Source of the DNA: Candidatus Eiseniibacteriota bacterium
GTDB taxonomy: Bacteria > Eisenbacteria > RBG-16-71-46 > SZUA-252
Reading direction: 5' to 3'
Length of the DNA: 64,000 bases
NCBI GenBank assembly: GCA_963703225.1
Contig: OY969801.1
Location: forward strand, 2,912,001-2,976,000
Shown: in pieces, positions 45,825-56,221 of the stretch
Position numbering within the stretch: the stretch's first letter is position 1
Layout: every line of letters begins with the position of its first letter
Made by a program: the position numbers and the translations under genes
The notes under the pieces: model-generated
Databases searched by the model: none
The model's input: only the letters and a program-made list of their open reading frames with translations
Told to the model about the DNA's origin: nothing

Positions 45825-46157
45825 TCAGAAGCGAAGCACGGGTGCCAGGAAGAATCTCCACACAGACAGCATACGCTGGAACCTTCCGACCGGAACGGTC
45901 GGACGCGTGGACGCGACGCTGGAAGCCGCAACACCTCTATGTGTGGATGCTTGCCCGGGCAGTGCTGCCGACCGGTACTTACCGGGCGGTGGATTGGGGG
46001 GGGGATTTAATGTCTCGTCGGGCGAACTGGCATAGGCGGGCGTGGCCACGAACCAGGAACCTACCGGGAGCGTGGACCAAGGACTCGAGCCGGCGGTCAG
46101 CGCGAGGAGACCGAGAAGCAGAACGACAAGTTTCGCGTGTCGGGAGAGAAAACCCAT
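45825..46157 (-). CDS. Small (110 aa) secreted precursor-like protein, candidate signalling-peptide precursor
   Basis: MGFLSRHAKLVVLLLGLLALTAG...ATPAYA|SSPDETLNPPPNPPPGK...RFQRMLSVWRFFLAPVLRF; SD-like GGATGGTGA; ends 46 bp upstream of the TPR-bEBP on the same strand. Confidence 0.72.
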   Translation of the reverse strand: MGFLSRHAKLVVLLLGLLALTAGSSPWSTLPVGSWFVATPAYASSPDETLNPPPNPPPGKYRSAALPGQASTHRGVAASSVASTRPTVPVGRFQRMLSVWRFFLAPVLRF

Positions 46158-46261
46158 CTCAGCTTCACCATCCCAGGGGGATGACGACGGGGGCCTAACA
46201 GGAACGGCGGCCCCGGTGTGGCCGGACGCGAGGGCGACCGGCACTCCCACGTACAATTGAA

Positions 46262-46290
46262 AGCATACTCCTTCCGGGGTGCCAAATCAA
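46262..46290 (-). promoter_or_regulatory. Sigma70-type promoter of the small-protein/TPR-bEBP operon
   Basis: TTGATT-17 bp-TATGCT. Confidence 0.55.
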
Positions 46291-46299
46291 CTGAATTGG

Positions 46300-46319
46300 G
46301 TGGGACAGAGAGGTCTCAC
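46300..46319. promoter_or_regulatory. Third copy of the GTGnGACA-N4-TGTCnCAC palindrome (candidate autoregulatory site)
   Basis: GTGGGACA-GAGA-GGTCTCAC; left arm identical to UAS1; 9 bp upstream of the -35. Confidence 0.6.
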
Positions 46320-46334
46320 CCCATTTTCGACAGG

Positions 46335-48233
<1,899 letters not shown>

Positions 48234-48243
48234 GGAGGGAGGC

Positions 48244-49557
48244 TCAGGCCTTGACGCGGCGGATCGCGGCCCCGAGCGCCTTCAGCTTCTCCTCCAGCCG
48301 CTCGTAGCCGCGGTCGAGATGATAGACACGCGAGACGCGCGTCTCGCCGCCCGCGACGAGGCCGGCCAGGATGAGCGCCGCGGAGGCGCGAAGATCGGTG
48401 GCCATGACCGGCGCGCCGCTCAACCCTTCGACGCCCCGCACGTGGGCGGTGTTGCCCTCGACGCGGATATCGGCCCCGAGGCGCTGCAGCTCGGCGACGT
48501 GGGTGAAGCGGTCATGATAGATCGTGTCGACGATCGTGCTCGACCCCGTGCTGACGGAGAGAAGCGCCATGAACTGCGCCTGCATGTCCGTCGGAAATCC
48601 AGGATAGGGCTGGGTGGTCACCGAGAGGGGCTCCGGCCGCTCCGGCGCCCTGAGACGCACGGCGCGATCGGAAATCTCGACGGACGACCCGGCCGACTCC
48701 AGCTTGGCCAGCACCGCGCCCAGGTGCGAGGGATCGACCAGCGTCGTCTCGACGTCGCCGCCCGTGATCGCGGCCGCGGCGAGAATGGTCCCCGCCTCGA
48801 TCCGGTCGGCGATCATCGCGGCGTCGGCCGGGCTGAGCTCCGACACGCCGTCCACGACGATGCGCGGACTTCCGATCCCTTCGATCTCGGCGCCCATCGA
48901 AACGAGAAAGTCCGCGAGCGCCGCGATCTCCGGCTCGCAGGCCGCGTTCTCGATCACGGTCCGACCCGCCGCGGTCACCGCCGCCATTAATATATTGCCC
49001 GTCGCGCCCACGCTCGAAACGTCGAAGGTCATCGTATTGCCGCGGAGCCCGCTCGACCGCGCGACGATGTACCCGTGATCGATCTCGACGTCGGCGCCGA
49101 GCTGCTCCATGCCGCGGATGTGGAGATCGACGGGGCGCGGACCCCAGGCGCATCCCCCGGGGAGCGAGACGCGCGCCTCCCCATAGCGGGCGAGGAGCGG
49201 GCCGAGCACGTAGATCGAGGCCCTCATGGTCTTGACCAGGTCGTAGGGCGCCTCGGCGTTCCGGGAGTTCCGGGTGTCGACGGTGATCTCGTGCGGGGCG
49301 ACGCGGCTGCTCGCGACGCCAAACCGGGAGAGCATCTCGAGCATCGTCGAGACGTCCTTCAGGTCGGGCACATTGGTGAATCGGTAGAGACCCGGCGCCA
49401 AGAGCGTCGCGGCCAGAATCGGCAGGGTCGCGTTCTTCGAGCCACCCACGGCGACCGAGCCGTTGAGCCGTCGGCCGCCCTGCACCCAGATCTCATCCAT
49501 TTTGGTCTTCGTCTTCGAAGGTAATGTGTCCCGCTCGGGTCCCGGTTCGGTCTTCAT
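48244..49557 (-). CDS. murA: UDP-N-acetylglucosamine 1-carboxyvinyltransferase
   Basis: [50 protein letters not shown]; alternative start at 49500. Confidence 0.97.
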   Translation of the reverse strand: MKTEPGPERDTLPSKTKTKMDEIWVQGGRRLNGSVAVGGSKNATLPILAATLLAPGLYRFTNVPDLKDVSTMLEMLSRFGVASSRVAPHEITVDTRNSRNAEAPYDLVKTMRASIYVLGPLLARYGEARVSLPGGCAWGPRPVDLHIRGMEQLGADVEIDHGYIVARSSGLRGNTMTFDVSSVGATGNILMAAVTAAGRTVIENAACEPEIAALADFLVSMGAEIEGIGSPRIVVDGVSELSPADAAMIADRIEAGTILAAAAITGGDVETTLVDPSHLGAVLAKLESAGSSVEISDRAVRLRAPERPEPLSVTTQPYPGFPTDMQAQFMALLSVSTGSSTIVDTIYHDRFTHVAELQRLGADIRVEGNTAHVRGVEGLSGAPVMATDLRASAALILAGLVAGGETRVSRVYHLDRGYERLEEKLKALGAAIRRVKA

Positions 49558-50501
49558 GCTCCCCCGCCTCGCGTCGTGCCGATCACGAATCGCGGAATTC
49601 CCGCCCGGTCGGGCAGGACCCGCGCCTCCTGGTTGAGGCCAGGAAAGGCCCCCAGGACATCATCGGCCTGACCGGCTCCAATCTCGAGCGCGAGAAGGCC
49701 CCCGGGGCGAAGCCACAGGTCAAGGCCCCGCGCCAAGTGGCGGAAAGCATCCAGACCGTCGTCGCCGCCGTCAAGCGCTTCCGGTGGATCGTGGTCCCTC
49801 ACCTCCGGCATCAGGCCGGAGAGCTCCACGCGACGCACGTAGGGCGGGTTGGATACGACCAGATCGACGAGCTCCCCGGAGAGCGCGGCCGGGCGGGGCG
49901 AGCTGAAGTCCGCCTCGATCGTCCGGAATCGATTCGCCACGCCGTTTCGGGCGGCGTTTCGCTCGGCCAACGCGAGCGCGACGCTGGAGCGATCGGCGCC
50001 GATCCCGCTCCAGCCCGGGAGGGCCCGGAGGAGCGCGACGGCGATCGCGCCGGTCCCGGTCCCCCAGTCGAGAAGCGTCCCCCTGGCGGCCCCTGCGCCC
50101 GCCGCGTCACACAGGCGGCGGTCGCCGATCGCGGCGAGCACCGCCTCCACGAGCCCCTCCGTCTCCGGCCGGGGGATGAAAACGCCGGGCGCGACGTCCA
50201 GCCAGACGTCGTGGAATGGCATGTCGCCCAGCAGAAGCTGGAGCGGCTCGCGCCGCTCTCTTCGCGAAGCGAGGGCCTCGAGTGCCACCACTTCTTCCCC
50301 GCGGAGGGGTACCGTAGGGTCGGCCCAATAGGCGGAGCGGCCGATCCCGAGCGCATGAAGGAGGAGCCACTCGGCCTCCCGGTCGGGCGATTCGATCCCC
50401 GCGCCCCGAAGGCGGGCGCGAAGGCGGGCCAGGGCGTCGGCGCGGGTCATGCGAGTGGAGGCAAAGGCCCAGTCATCCGTCGACGCGATGCCGGCGCGCA
50501 C
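49554..50501 (-). CDS. prmC: Release factor glutamine methyltransferase
   Basis: [38 protein letters not shown]; follows prfA; start uncertain (50501 or 50450). Confidence 0.93.
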   Translation of the reverse strand: MRAGIASTDDWAFASTRMTRADALARLRARLRGAGIESPDREAEWLLLHALGIGRSAYWADPTVPLRGEEVVALEALASRRERREPLQLLLGDMPFHDVWLDVAPGVFIPRPETEGLVEAVLAAIGDRRLCDAAGAGAARGTLLDWGTGTGAIAVALLRALPGWSGIGADRSSVALALAERNAARNGVANRFRTIEADFSSPRPAALSGELVDLVVSNPPYVRRVELSGLMPEVRDHDPPEALDGGDDGLDAFRHLARGLDLWLRPGGLLALEIGAGQADDVLGAFPGLNQEARVLPDRAGIPRFVIGTTRGGGA

Positions 50502-50504
50502 GGG

Positions 50505-51602
50505 TCAGGAAGAAGTGCCCGCAGCGGGAGCCGAGCTGGTCGCGGCCAGACGCTCGGCCTGCTCGGCGTTGAAGAGGCCGTCGATCAGCTCGTCCAGATC
50601 CCCTTCCAGTACGTCGGCCAGGCGGTAGAGGGTCAGGCCGATCCGGTGGTCGGTGACGCGCCCCTGGGGGAAGTTGTAGGTGCGGATCTTGGCGCTCCGG
50701 TCGCCGGTCGAGACCATCGACTTGCGGGTGGCGGCGAGCTTCTTCTCCCTCTCCTGGATCTCGATGTCGAGAAGCCTCGCGCGGAGCACCTTGAGCGCCT
50801 TCGCCTTGTTCTTGAGCTGGGAGCGCTCGTCCTGACACTGGACGACGATCCCGGTCGGGAGATGGCGAATACGAACGGCGGAGTCCGCGGTATTGACGCT
50901 CTGCCCTCCCGGCCCTGACGATCGAAAGACGTCGACCTGGAGATCCGAGGGCTTGATCTCCACGTCGACTTCCTCCGCTTCCGGGAGCACCGCCACGGTG
51001 ATCGCCGACGTGTGGATCCGCCCGCTCGCCTCCGTCTCGGGCACACGCTGGACGCGGTGGACCCCGCTCTCATACTTGAAGCGGCTGTAGGCCCCCTCGC
51101 CGTTGATCGAGACGACCGCCTCCTTCACGCCGCCGATCCCGCTCGCCGCGCTCGTGCTCATCACCTCGGCGCGCCACGAGTGCCGCTCGGCGTACTTCAT
51201 GTACATGCGCAGGATCTCGGAGGCGAAGAGGGCCGCCTCGTCCCCGCCCGTTCCGGCGCGGATCTCCACGAGCACGTTCTTGTGGTCCAGGGGATCGGGC
51301 GGGAGCAGAAGCTTGGGGAGCTCGATCTCGAGGTCGGCGCGGAGGCGCTCCAGCTCCTCGAGCTCGGCTTTGGCCATCGCCACCAGCTCGGCATCCCGCT
51401 CATTCCTCACGATCGCCGTGTCCTCCGCGATCCGCTGGAGAACGCCGTCGTAGCGGCGCGCCGCGCTGACGAGGGGCTCGAGCCCGCTCCGCTCCTTGCT
51501 GACCCGTTTCAACTCCGCGGGAATGCCCACCACGGCCGGATCGGAGAGCTGGTTCGTCAGCTCGTCAAAGCGCGTCTTTGCCTTCTCGAGGGCTTCACGC
51601 AT
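50505..51602 (-). CDS. prfA: Peptide chain release factor 1
   Basis: [21 protein letters not shown] (PxT), [23 protein letters not shown]. Confidence 0.97.
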   Translation of the reverse strand: MREALEKAKTRFDELTNQLSDPAVVGIPAELKRVSKERSGLEPLVSAARRYDGVLQRIAEDTAIVRNERDAELVAMAKAELEELERLRADLEIELPKLLLPPDPLDHKNVLVEIRAGTGGDEAALFASEILRMYMKYAERHSWRAEVMSTSAASGIGGVKEAVVSINGEGAYSRFKYESGVHRVQRVPETEASGRIHTSAITVAVLPEAEEVDVEIKPSDLQVDVFRSSGPGGQSVNTADSAVRIRHLPTGIVVQCQDERSQLKNKAKALKVLRARLLDIEIQEREKKLAATRKSMVSTGDRSAKIRTYNFPQGRVTDHRIGLTLYRLADVLEGDLDELIDGLFNAEQAERLAATSSAPAAGTSS

Positions 51603-51611
51603 GGGCGGGTG

Positions 51612-52490
51612 TTAGAGGACGGCGCGCAGCGCCGCGATCGCCACCTCCAGCATGTCGCGGGTCGGCTCGCGGGTGGTCAGGCGCTGGAGCTGGAGACCCG
51701 GCTCGCTGAGCCAGCGTACGAAGGGCCGGTCGTAGTGCGCGCCGGCGAACCGGATGATCTCGAAGGAGACACCCGCGATGAGCGGGATGAGGGCGAAGCG
51801 GAGCGCCCGCGCTCCGAGGGTGTCGGGGCGGCCGAGAAACGCGAAGACGACGAAGCTCACGATGACGACGAGGAAGAGGAAGCTCGTCCCGCATCTCGGG
51901 TGAAAGCGGCTCATCGAGCCCGCCGCGTCGGGCGTAAGATCCTCGCCCGATTCGAGATTATGGATCGTCTTGTGCTCGGCGCCGTGGTACTGGAAGACGC
52001 GCTGCATCTCGCCCCAGAACCCGATCGCCAGGATGTAGATCAAGAAGAAGACGAGCCGGATGCCGCCGTCGATCAGGTTGTACGCCAGCGGAGCGCGCAC
52101 GCCGGTCAGGTCGGTCAGCTTGAGCGGCAGGTAGAAGAAGATGAGAAAAGCGGCGACGAAGGAGAAGGCCACCGTAAGGCCCATCCCCAGGCCGAGCGTG
52201 CCGTAGCGGCGCGCCTCCTTGGGCTTCTCCTTCTCCACCTCCACGGCCACCTCGGCCGAAAAGGCGAGCGACTCCACGCCGATCCGGAGCGATTCGACCA
52301 GGACGACCGCGCCGCGCAGGATGGGAAGCCCGAGGATGGGATAGCGGCGCGAGAGCGAGACGTACTCCCGCGTCTTCACCTGGATCGATCCGTCGGGAAG
52401 CCGGACGGCGGTGGCGACGCGCTTCGGCGAGCGCATCATCACTCCCTCGATGACGGCCTGCCCCCCGATGGGGGCGTAGCGGTCGGACAT
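51612..52490 (-). CDS. DUF1385-family membrane protein (putative metallopeptidase)
   Basis: [38 protein letters not shown]; usual rpmE-DUF1385-prfA context. Confidence 0.9.
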   Translation of the reverse strand: MSDRYAPIGGQAVIEGVMMRSPKRVATAVRLPDGSIQVKTREYVSLSRRYPILGLPILRGAVVLVESLRIGVESLAFSAEVAVEVEKEKPKEARRYGTLGLGMGLTVAFSFVAAFLIFFYLPLKLTDLTGVRAPLAYNLIDGGIRLVFFLIYILAIGFWGEMQRVFQYHGAEHKTIHNLESGEDLTPDAAGSMSRFHPRCGTSFLFLVVIVSFVVFAFLGRPDTLGARALRFALIPLIAGVSFEIIRFAGAHYDRPFVRWLSEPGLQLQRLTTREPTRDMLEVAIAALRAVL

Positions 52491-52525
52491 GCGGATGGGT
52501 GGGGGGCGAAGCGCCTACGGCGGCG

Positions 52526-52759
52526 CTAGGCGGACGGAGCTTCCGCGGGCTTCTGCTCCTTGATCCCATACTTCCGGCGGAAGCGCTCGATGCGTCCCGC
52601 GGTATCCACCAGCTTCTGCTTGCCGGTGAAGAACGGGTGGCAGTTCGAGCAGATTTCCACGTGCAGCGTCTCTTTGACCGTGGCGCGGGTCTCGATCACG
52701 TTCCCGCAGGCACAGACGATCTTGGTGTTGAAGTAACCCGGGTGAATGCCCTTCTTCAT
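52526..52759 (-). CDS. rpmE: 50S ribosomal protein L31 (Zn-binding type)
   Basis: [37 protein letters not shown]. Confidence 0.97.
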   Translation of the reverse strand: MKKGIHPGYFNTKIVCACGNVIETRATVKETLHVEICSNCHPFFTGKQKLVDTAGRIERFRRKYGIKEQKPAEAPSA

Positions 52760-52784
52760 CGCTGTTCTCCGTTCTCCTCTTGGA

Positions 52785-54185
52785 TCAGGTGTTCATCATC
52801 GCGAGGAACTTCTTGTTCGTCTTGGTCTGGCTCATCTTTCCTATTAGAAACTCCATGGCTTCCATTGGATTCAGCTCGTTTAGGAATTTCCGCAAGATCC
52901 AGACCTTGTTCAGCTCCTCGCCCGTCATGAGCAGCTCTTCCTTGCGCGTGCCCGAGCGGTTGATGTCGATCGCCGGGAAGATGCGCTTGTCCGCGAGCTT
53001 ACGGTCGAGCACCACCTCCATATTACCAGTGCCCTTGAACTCCTCGAAGATCACGTCGTCCATGCGGCTGCCCGTCTCGATCAGGGCCGTCGCGATGATG
53101 GTGAGGCTGCCGCCGTTCTCGATGTTTCGCGCCGCCCCAAAGAAGCGCTTCGGCTTTTGGAGGGCGTTGGCGTCCACGCCGCCCGAGAGGATCTTGCCCG
53201 AGTGGGGAACGACCGTGTTGTGGGCGCGCGCGAGGCGCGTGATCGAGTCGAGCAGGATGACCACGTCTCGGTTGTGCTCCACCAAGCGTTTCGCCTTTTC
53301 GATGACCATATCGGCGACCTGAACGTGCCGCTCGGCGGGCTCGTCGAAGGTGGAGGAGACGACCTCCCCCTTGACCGATCGCTCCATGTCGGTGACTTCC
53401 TCCGGCCGCTCGTCGATCAGGAGGACGATCAGCATGACCTCCGGGTGATTCTCCGTGATCGCGTTCGCGATCTTCTGGAGGAGCACCGTCTTGCCGGCTC
53501 GCGGAGGCGACACGATGAGGCCGCGTTGGCCCTTTCCGATCGGCGTCAGGAGATCCATGATCCGGGTCGGCATGTCGTCGCCGCGGAATTCCAGCCGGAG
53601 CTTCTCTTGCGGATAGAGCGGCGTGAGGTTGTCGAACAGGATCTTGTCCTTGGCAACCTCGGGGCTCTCAAAATTGACCGCCTCGACGCGGAGGAGCGCG
53701 AAGTAGCGCTCGCCGTCTTTGGGCGGGCGGACCTGGCCGGAGACGGTATCCCCGGTTCGCAGGTCGAATCGTTTGATCTGCGAGGGCGAGACATAAATGT
53801 CGTCCGGCCCTGGCAGGTAGTTGTAGTCGGTCGAGCGGAGGAACCCGTAACCCTCCGAGAGGATTTCGAGGACGCCCTCCGCGAAGATCAGCCCGTTCTT
53901 CTCGGTCTGCCCTTCGAGAATCTTGAAAATCAGCTCCTGCTTGCGCAGGCCGCTCGTGCCTTGAATGCCGAGCGAATGGGCCAGCTCCATCAATTCCGCA
54001 ATGGTGCGGCTCTTGAGCTGGATGATGTCGAGACCTTTGGGGGATGCCTGTGGGCCGTTTGTGGCCGGAGGCGGCGGGGCTTCTGTCTGCTGCTGCTCCA
54101 TTTCGTTTCGAGACTCCTCGATGGTGGATGGTGCCGCCGGCGCGTCAGCGCCGTGGCGTCGTACTTGGGTCTGTGGGCGGGACAT
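52785..54185 (-). CDS. rho: Transcription termination factor Rho with a short low-complexity N-terminal extension
   Basis: [54 protein letters not shown]; alternative start at 54101. Confidence 0.98.
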   Translation of the reverse strand: MSRPQTQVRRHGADAPAAPSTIEESRNEMEQQQTEAPPPPATNGPQASPKGLDIIQLKSRTIAELMELAHSLGIQGTSGLRKQELIFKILEGQTEKNGLIFAEGVLEILSEGYGFLRSTDYNYLPGPDDIYVSPSQIKRFDLRTGDTVSGQVRPPKDGERYFALLRVEAVNFESPEVAKDKILFDNLTPLYPQEKLRLEFRGDDMPTRIMDLLTPIGKGQRGLIVSPPRAGKTVLLQKIANAITENHPEVMLIVLLIDERPEEVTDMERSVKGEVVSSTFDEPAERHVQVADMVIEKAKRLVEHNRDVVILLDSITRLARAHNTVVPHSGKILSGGVDANALQKPKRFFGAARNIENGGSLTIIATALIETGSRMDDVIFEEFKGTGNMEVVLDRKLADKRIFPAIDINRSGTRKEELLMTGEELNKVWILRKFLNELNPMEAMEFLIGKMSQTKTNKKFLAMMNT

Positions 54186-54238
54186 GGGTTACAGCCGAAT
54201 GGCGGCCCTCAGGATTTGGGGGATTTCCGTGCTAGAGA

Positions 54239-54357
54239 AGGGTTGAGTTCAGGCGCTGCCTGACTCGGGATCGCCGGTCTCGCGATCCGATACGGGATTG
54301 CTGACGAGGGGCACTACCGAAATCCGCCCTCGAGTTCCCGGGTCGGTGCTCAACCCT
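54239..54357 (-). ncRNA. Structured rho 5' leader (multi-stem)
   Basis: Closing stem AGGGTTGAG/CTCAACCCT enclosing three hairpins. Confidence 0.45.
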
Positions 54358-54358
54358 G

Positions 54359-54388
54359 AATCTATCGAACCCTGCCGGTACCTGTCAA
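54359..54388 (-). promoter_or_regulatory. Sigma70-type promoter of the rho operon
   Basis: TTGACA-18 bp-TAGATT. Confidence 0.6.
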
Positions 54389-54431
54389 GGTCAATTCTTT
54401 CCCGAGCACAATCGACGTGTCGGACGACACG

Positions 54432-56072
54432 CTATATCTTGACGGGCGGGAAGGATGCTTGCGAGAAAACCTGTCCATCCAGGAAGGTGATCGACTTCCC
54501 CTTCGTCCAGTAGAACCAGGACTCCAGCACCTTGTCCCCGTCGGAGTAGGTGCGGACTTCCTCGGGGTAGCCATCCGCGGTGACCGTCTTCTTCAGCTGG
54601 TGGCCGGCCCCCAGTCGATTATCGGCCGAGTCGACCCAGGTCTTGAGCTGAGAACCGATGCGCTGCCGGCCGTCGGTAAGCGCCCGGTAGATCGTGTATT
54701 CGGCCACCGACTCGTCTCTCTTGTTCAGCTTGTTGTAGGCGAGGAAGAGGAACTGGTGGGCGGTCGCCTCCTTGGGATCGATCTCGAGGGCCTGACGCAT
54801 CGCCGCGACGGAGCCCTCGTAGTCTTCGACTTGGAACTTGGTCTGCCCGGCGAGGAGGACGATGTCCTTGCTCCGGGGGAACAACTTCATGCCATCGTCC
54901 AGAGTCTTGACCGCTTCCTTGTAGTTCTTCAGATTCCCCTGGATCACCGCCGCGTTGTAGATCGAGGTCTCGCGGACCGACATGCCCAGAGAATCGGTCG
55001 GCGCCTTCGCGACCACCTCCATGTAGGTGGCCGCCGCGCTGTCGAGCATCGCGGTTCTTTGCGGCCCTTCCTTCATGCCCTGAGCCGCGAGCTGGAACGA
55101 CTCCGCGATCCGCGACAGATAGGTGACGGTCCCCGCGCTGTCGTAGGTCATCGCCGCGCGGTAGGCCGGAACCGCCTCCGCGAACTTCTTGCTGTTGAAG
55201 AGGCGGTTTCCGCGGCCGAGCGCCGCCGCCCTGAGATTTCGGGTCAGCTGGTCGTCGCCCGGCTTGATCTTCAGACCCATTTGCGCGGCGTGGATGGCGT
55301 CGTCCGGGCGCCCCAGCACTCCGTAGACGTAGCTCAGGTTCTTGTAGACGTCCGACGCGGTCGGCTCGACCAGCATCGCCAATTCGAATTGGTACGCCGC
55401 CTCGGCCACCGTGGACGCGCCTGCATACGGCGGGAAGATCGTGGTGTCGGTCACCGCCACCTTCGGATCCGCCGGTCCGGTGAACGGCTTGTATGGGAAC
55501 TGAAGCGCTTCGGTCGCCCCCGGTGGGAAGTGAAAGCCAAGGCCCTGGTCGGGGTAGTACCAGAACTCGTGGTTCTTCCCGCCCTCGGTGAACCGGCTGA
55601 AGTCTTTGGGCTCCCCGCGCTCCTTCTCCAGCGCCGCCTGCGGCGTGCCGGCGTCGGTGGTGCGGGTGTCCTCTTCCTCGATCGTCCCCGCGCGGATCAG
55701 CGCCTTGAGTCCTGGGTTGTAGAGCTCCGCCGTCAGCGAGGCGCGGTTTTGGGTCATGTCGTTCAGACGGGTCTTGTCCTTCTTGTCCGCCGCGACCTTG
55801 AGACCGATCTGGAACACCCCTCCGGCCGATGCGAATTCCCGCTGTTGGTATCGCGCGACGGCCAGGAGCGAATAGACCTGTGAGTTCTCCGGCTCCTCTA
55901 GCCGCGCCAGCTCGAGGAAGTGGCATGCCTTGTCGTAGACTTTCTGCTGCATGTAGACCTTGCCGCTGGTGAAGTTAACGCCCGCGTCGGCGGAATGGGC
56001 GGCAAGGAGCGCGACCAGCGCGAAAACCATCGCGCCGAAAGCGATTCGGTGACCTGGAAATTCGATCCTCAT
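54432..56072 (-). CDS. Secreted TPR protein with two GxP...WxY modules
   Basis: Signal peptide (FALVALLAAHSADA), multiple TPRs (YKNLSYVYGVLGRPDDA, MRQALEIDP); ATG at 56072. Confidence 0.8.
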   Translation of the reverse strand: MRIEFPGHRIAFGAMVFALVALLAAHSADAGVNFTSGKVYMQQKVYDKACHFLELARLEEPENSQVYSLLAVARYQQREFASAGGVFQIGLKVAADKKDKTRLNDMTQNRASLTAELYNPGLKALIRAGTIEEEDTRTTDAGTPQAALEKERGEPKDFSRFTEGGKNHEFWYYPDQGLGFHFPPGATEALQFPYKPFTGPADPKVAVTDTTIFPPYAGASTVAEAAYQFELAMLVEPTASDVYKNLSYVYGVLGRPDDAIHAAQMGLKIKPGDDQLTRNLRAAALGRGNRLFNSKKFAEAVPAYRAAMTYDSAGTVTYLSRIAESFQLAAQGMKEGPQRTAMLDSAAATYMEVVAKAPTDSLGMSVRETSIYNAAVIQGNLKNYKEAVKTLDDGMKLFPRSKDIVLLAGQTKFQVEDYEGSVAAMRQALEIDPKEATAHQFLFLAYNKLNKRDESVAEYTIYRALTDGRQRIGSQLKTWVDSADNRLGAGHQLKKTVTADGYPEEVRTYSDGDKVLESWFYWTKGKSITFLDGQVFSQASFPPVKI

Positions 56073-56221
56073 CCATCCCTCCCGATTCCGTTGAACCCGC
56101 CGAGGACGCGGGCCGTTCCACGCGACCGGCCCGATTGAACGGCCGGCGGCGCCACCTGTCAAGCCCCTTGCCCCGGCGCGGGCCGCCCTTTGATTCTCTT
56201 AATCTATTGTAGGTTATTAGC

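Noticed and set aside
45780..45827. Selenocysteine readthrough of the small-protein UGA into the bEBP
   Set aside because: An in-frame TAA follows within 15 codons, the bEBP is in a different frame, and no SECIS-like hairpin is evident.
46262..46286. Sigma54 promoter for the small-protein operon (TTGGCAC on the minus strand)
   Set aside because: No GC at the -12 position (GG-N10-GG); a sigma70 TTGATT-17-TATGCT fits better.
54285..54345. c-di-AMP (ydaO) riboswitch resemblance in the rho leader (CGUCAGCAAUCCCGUA)
   Set aside because: Only a 3' fragment is similar; the second pseudo-symmetric half and conserved GAA elements are not visible. Kept only as an unnamed structured leader.
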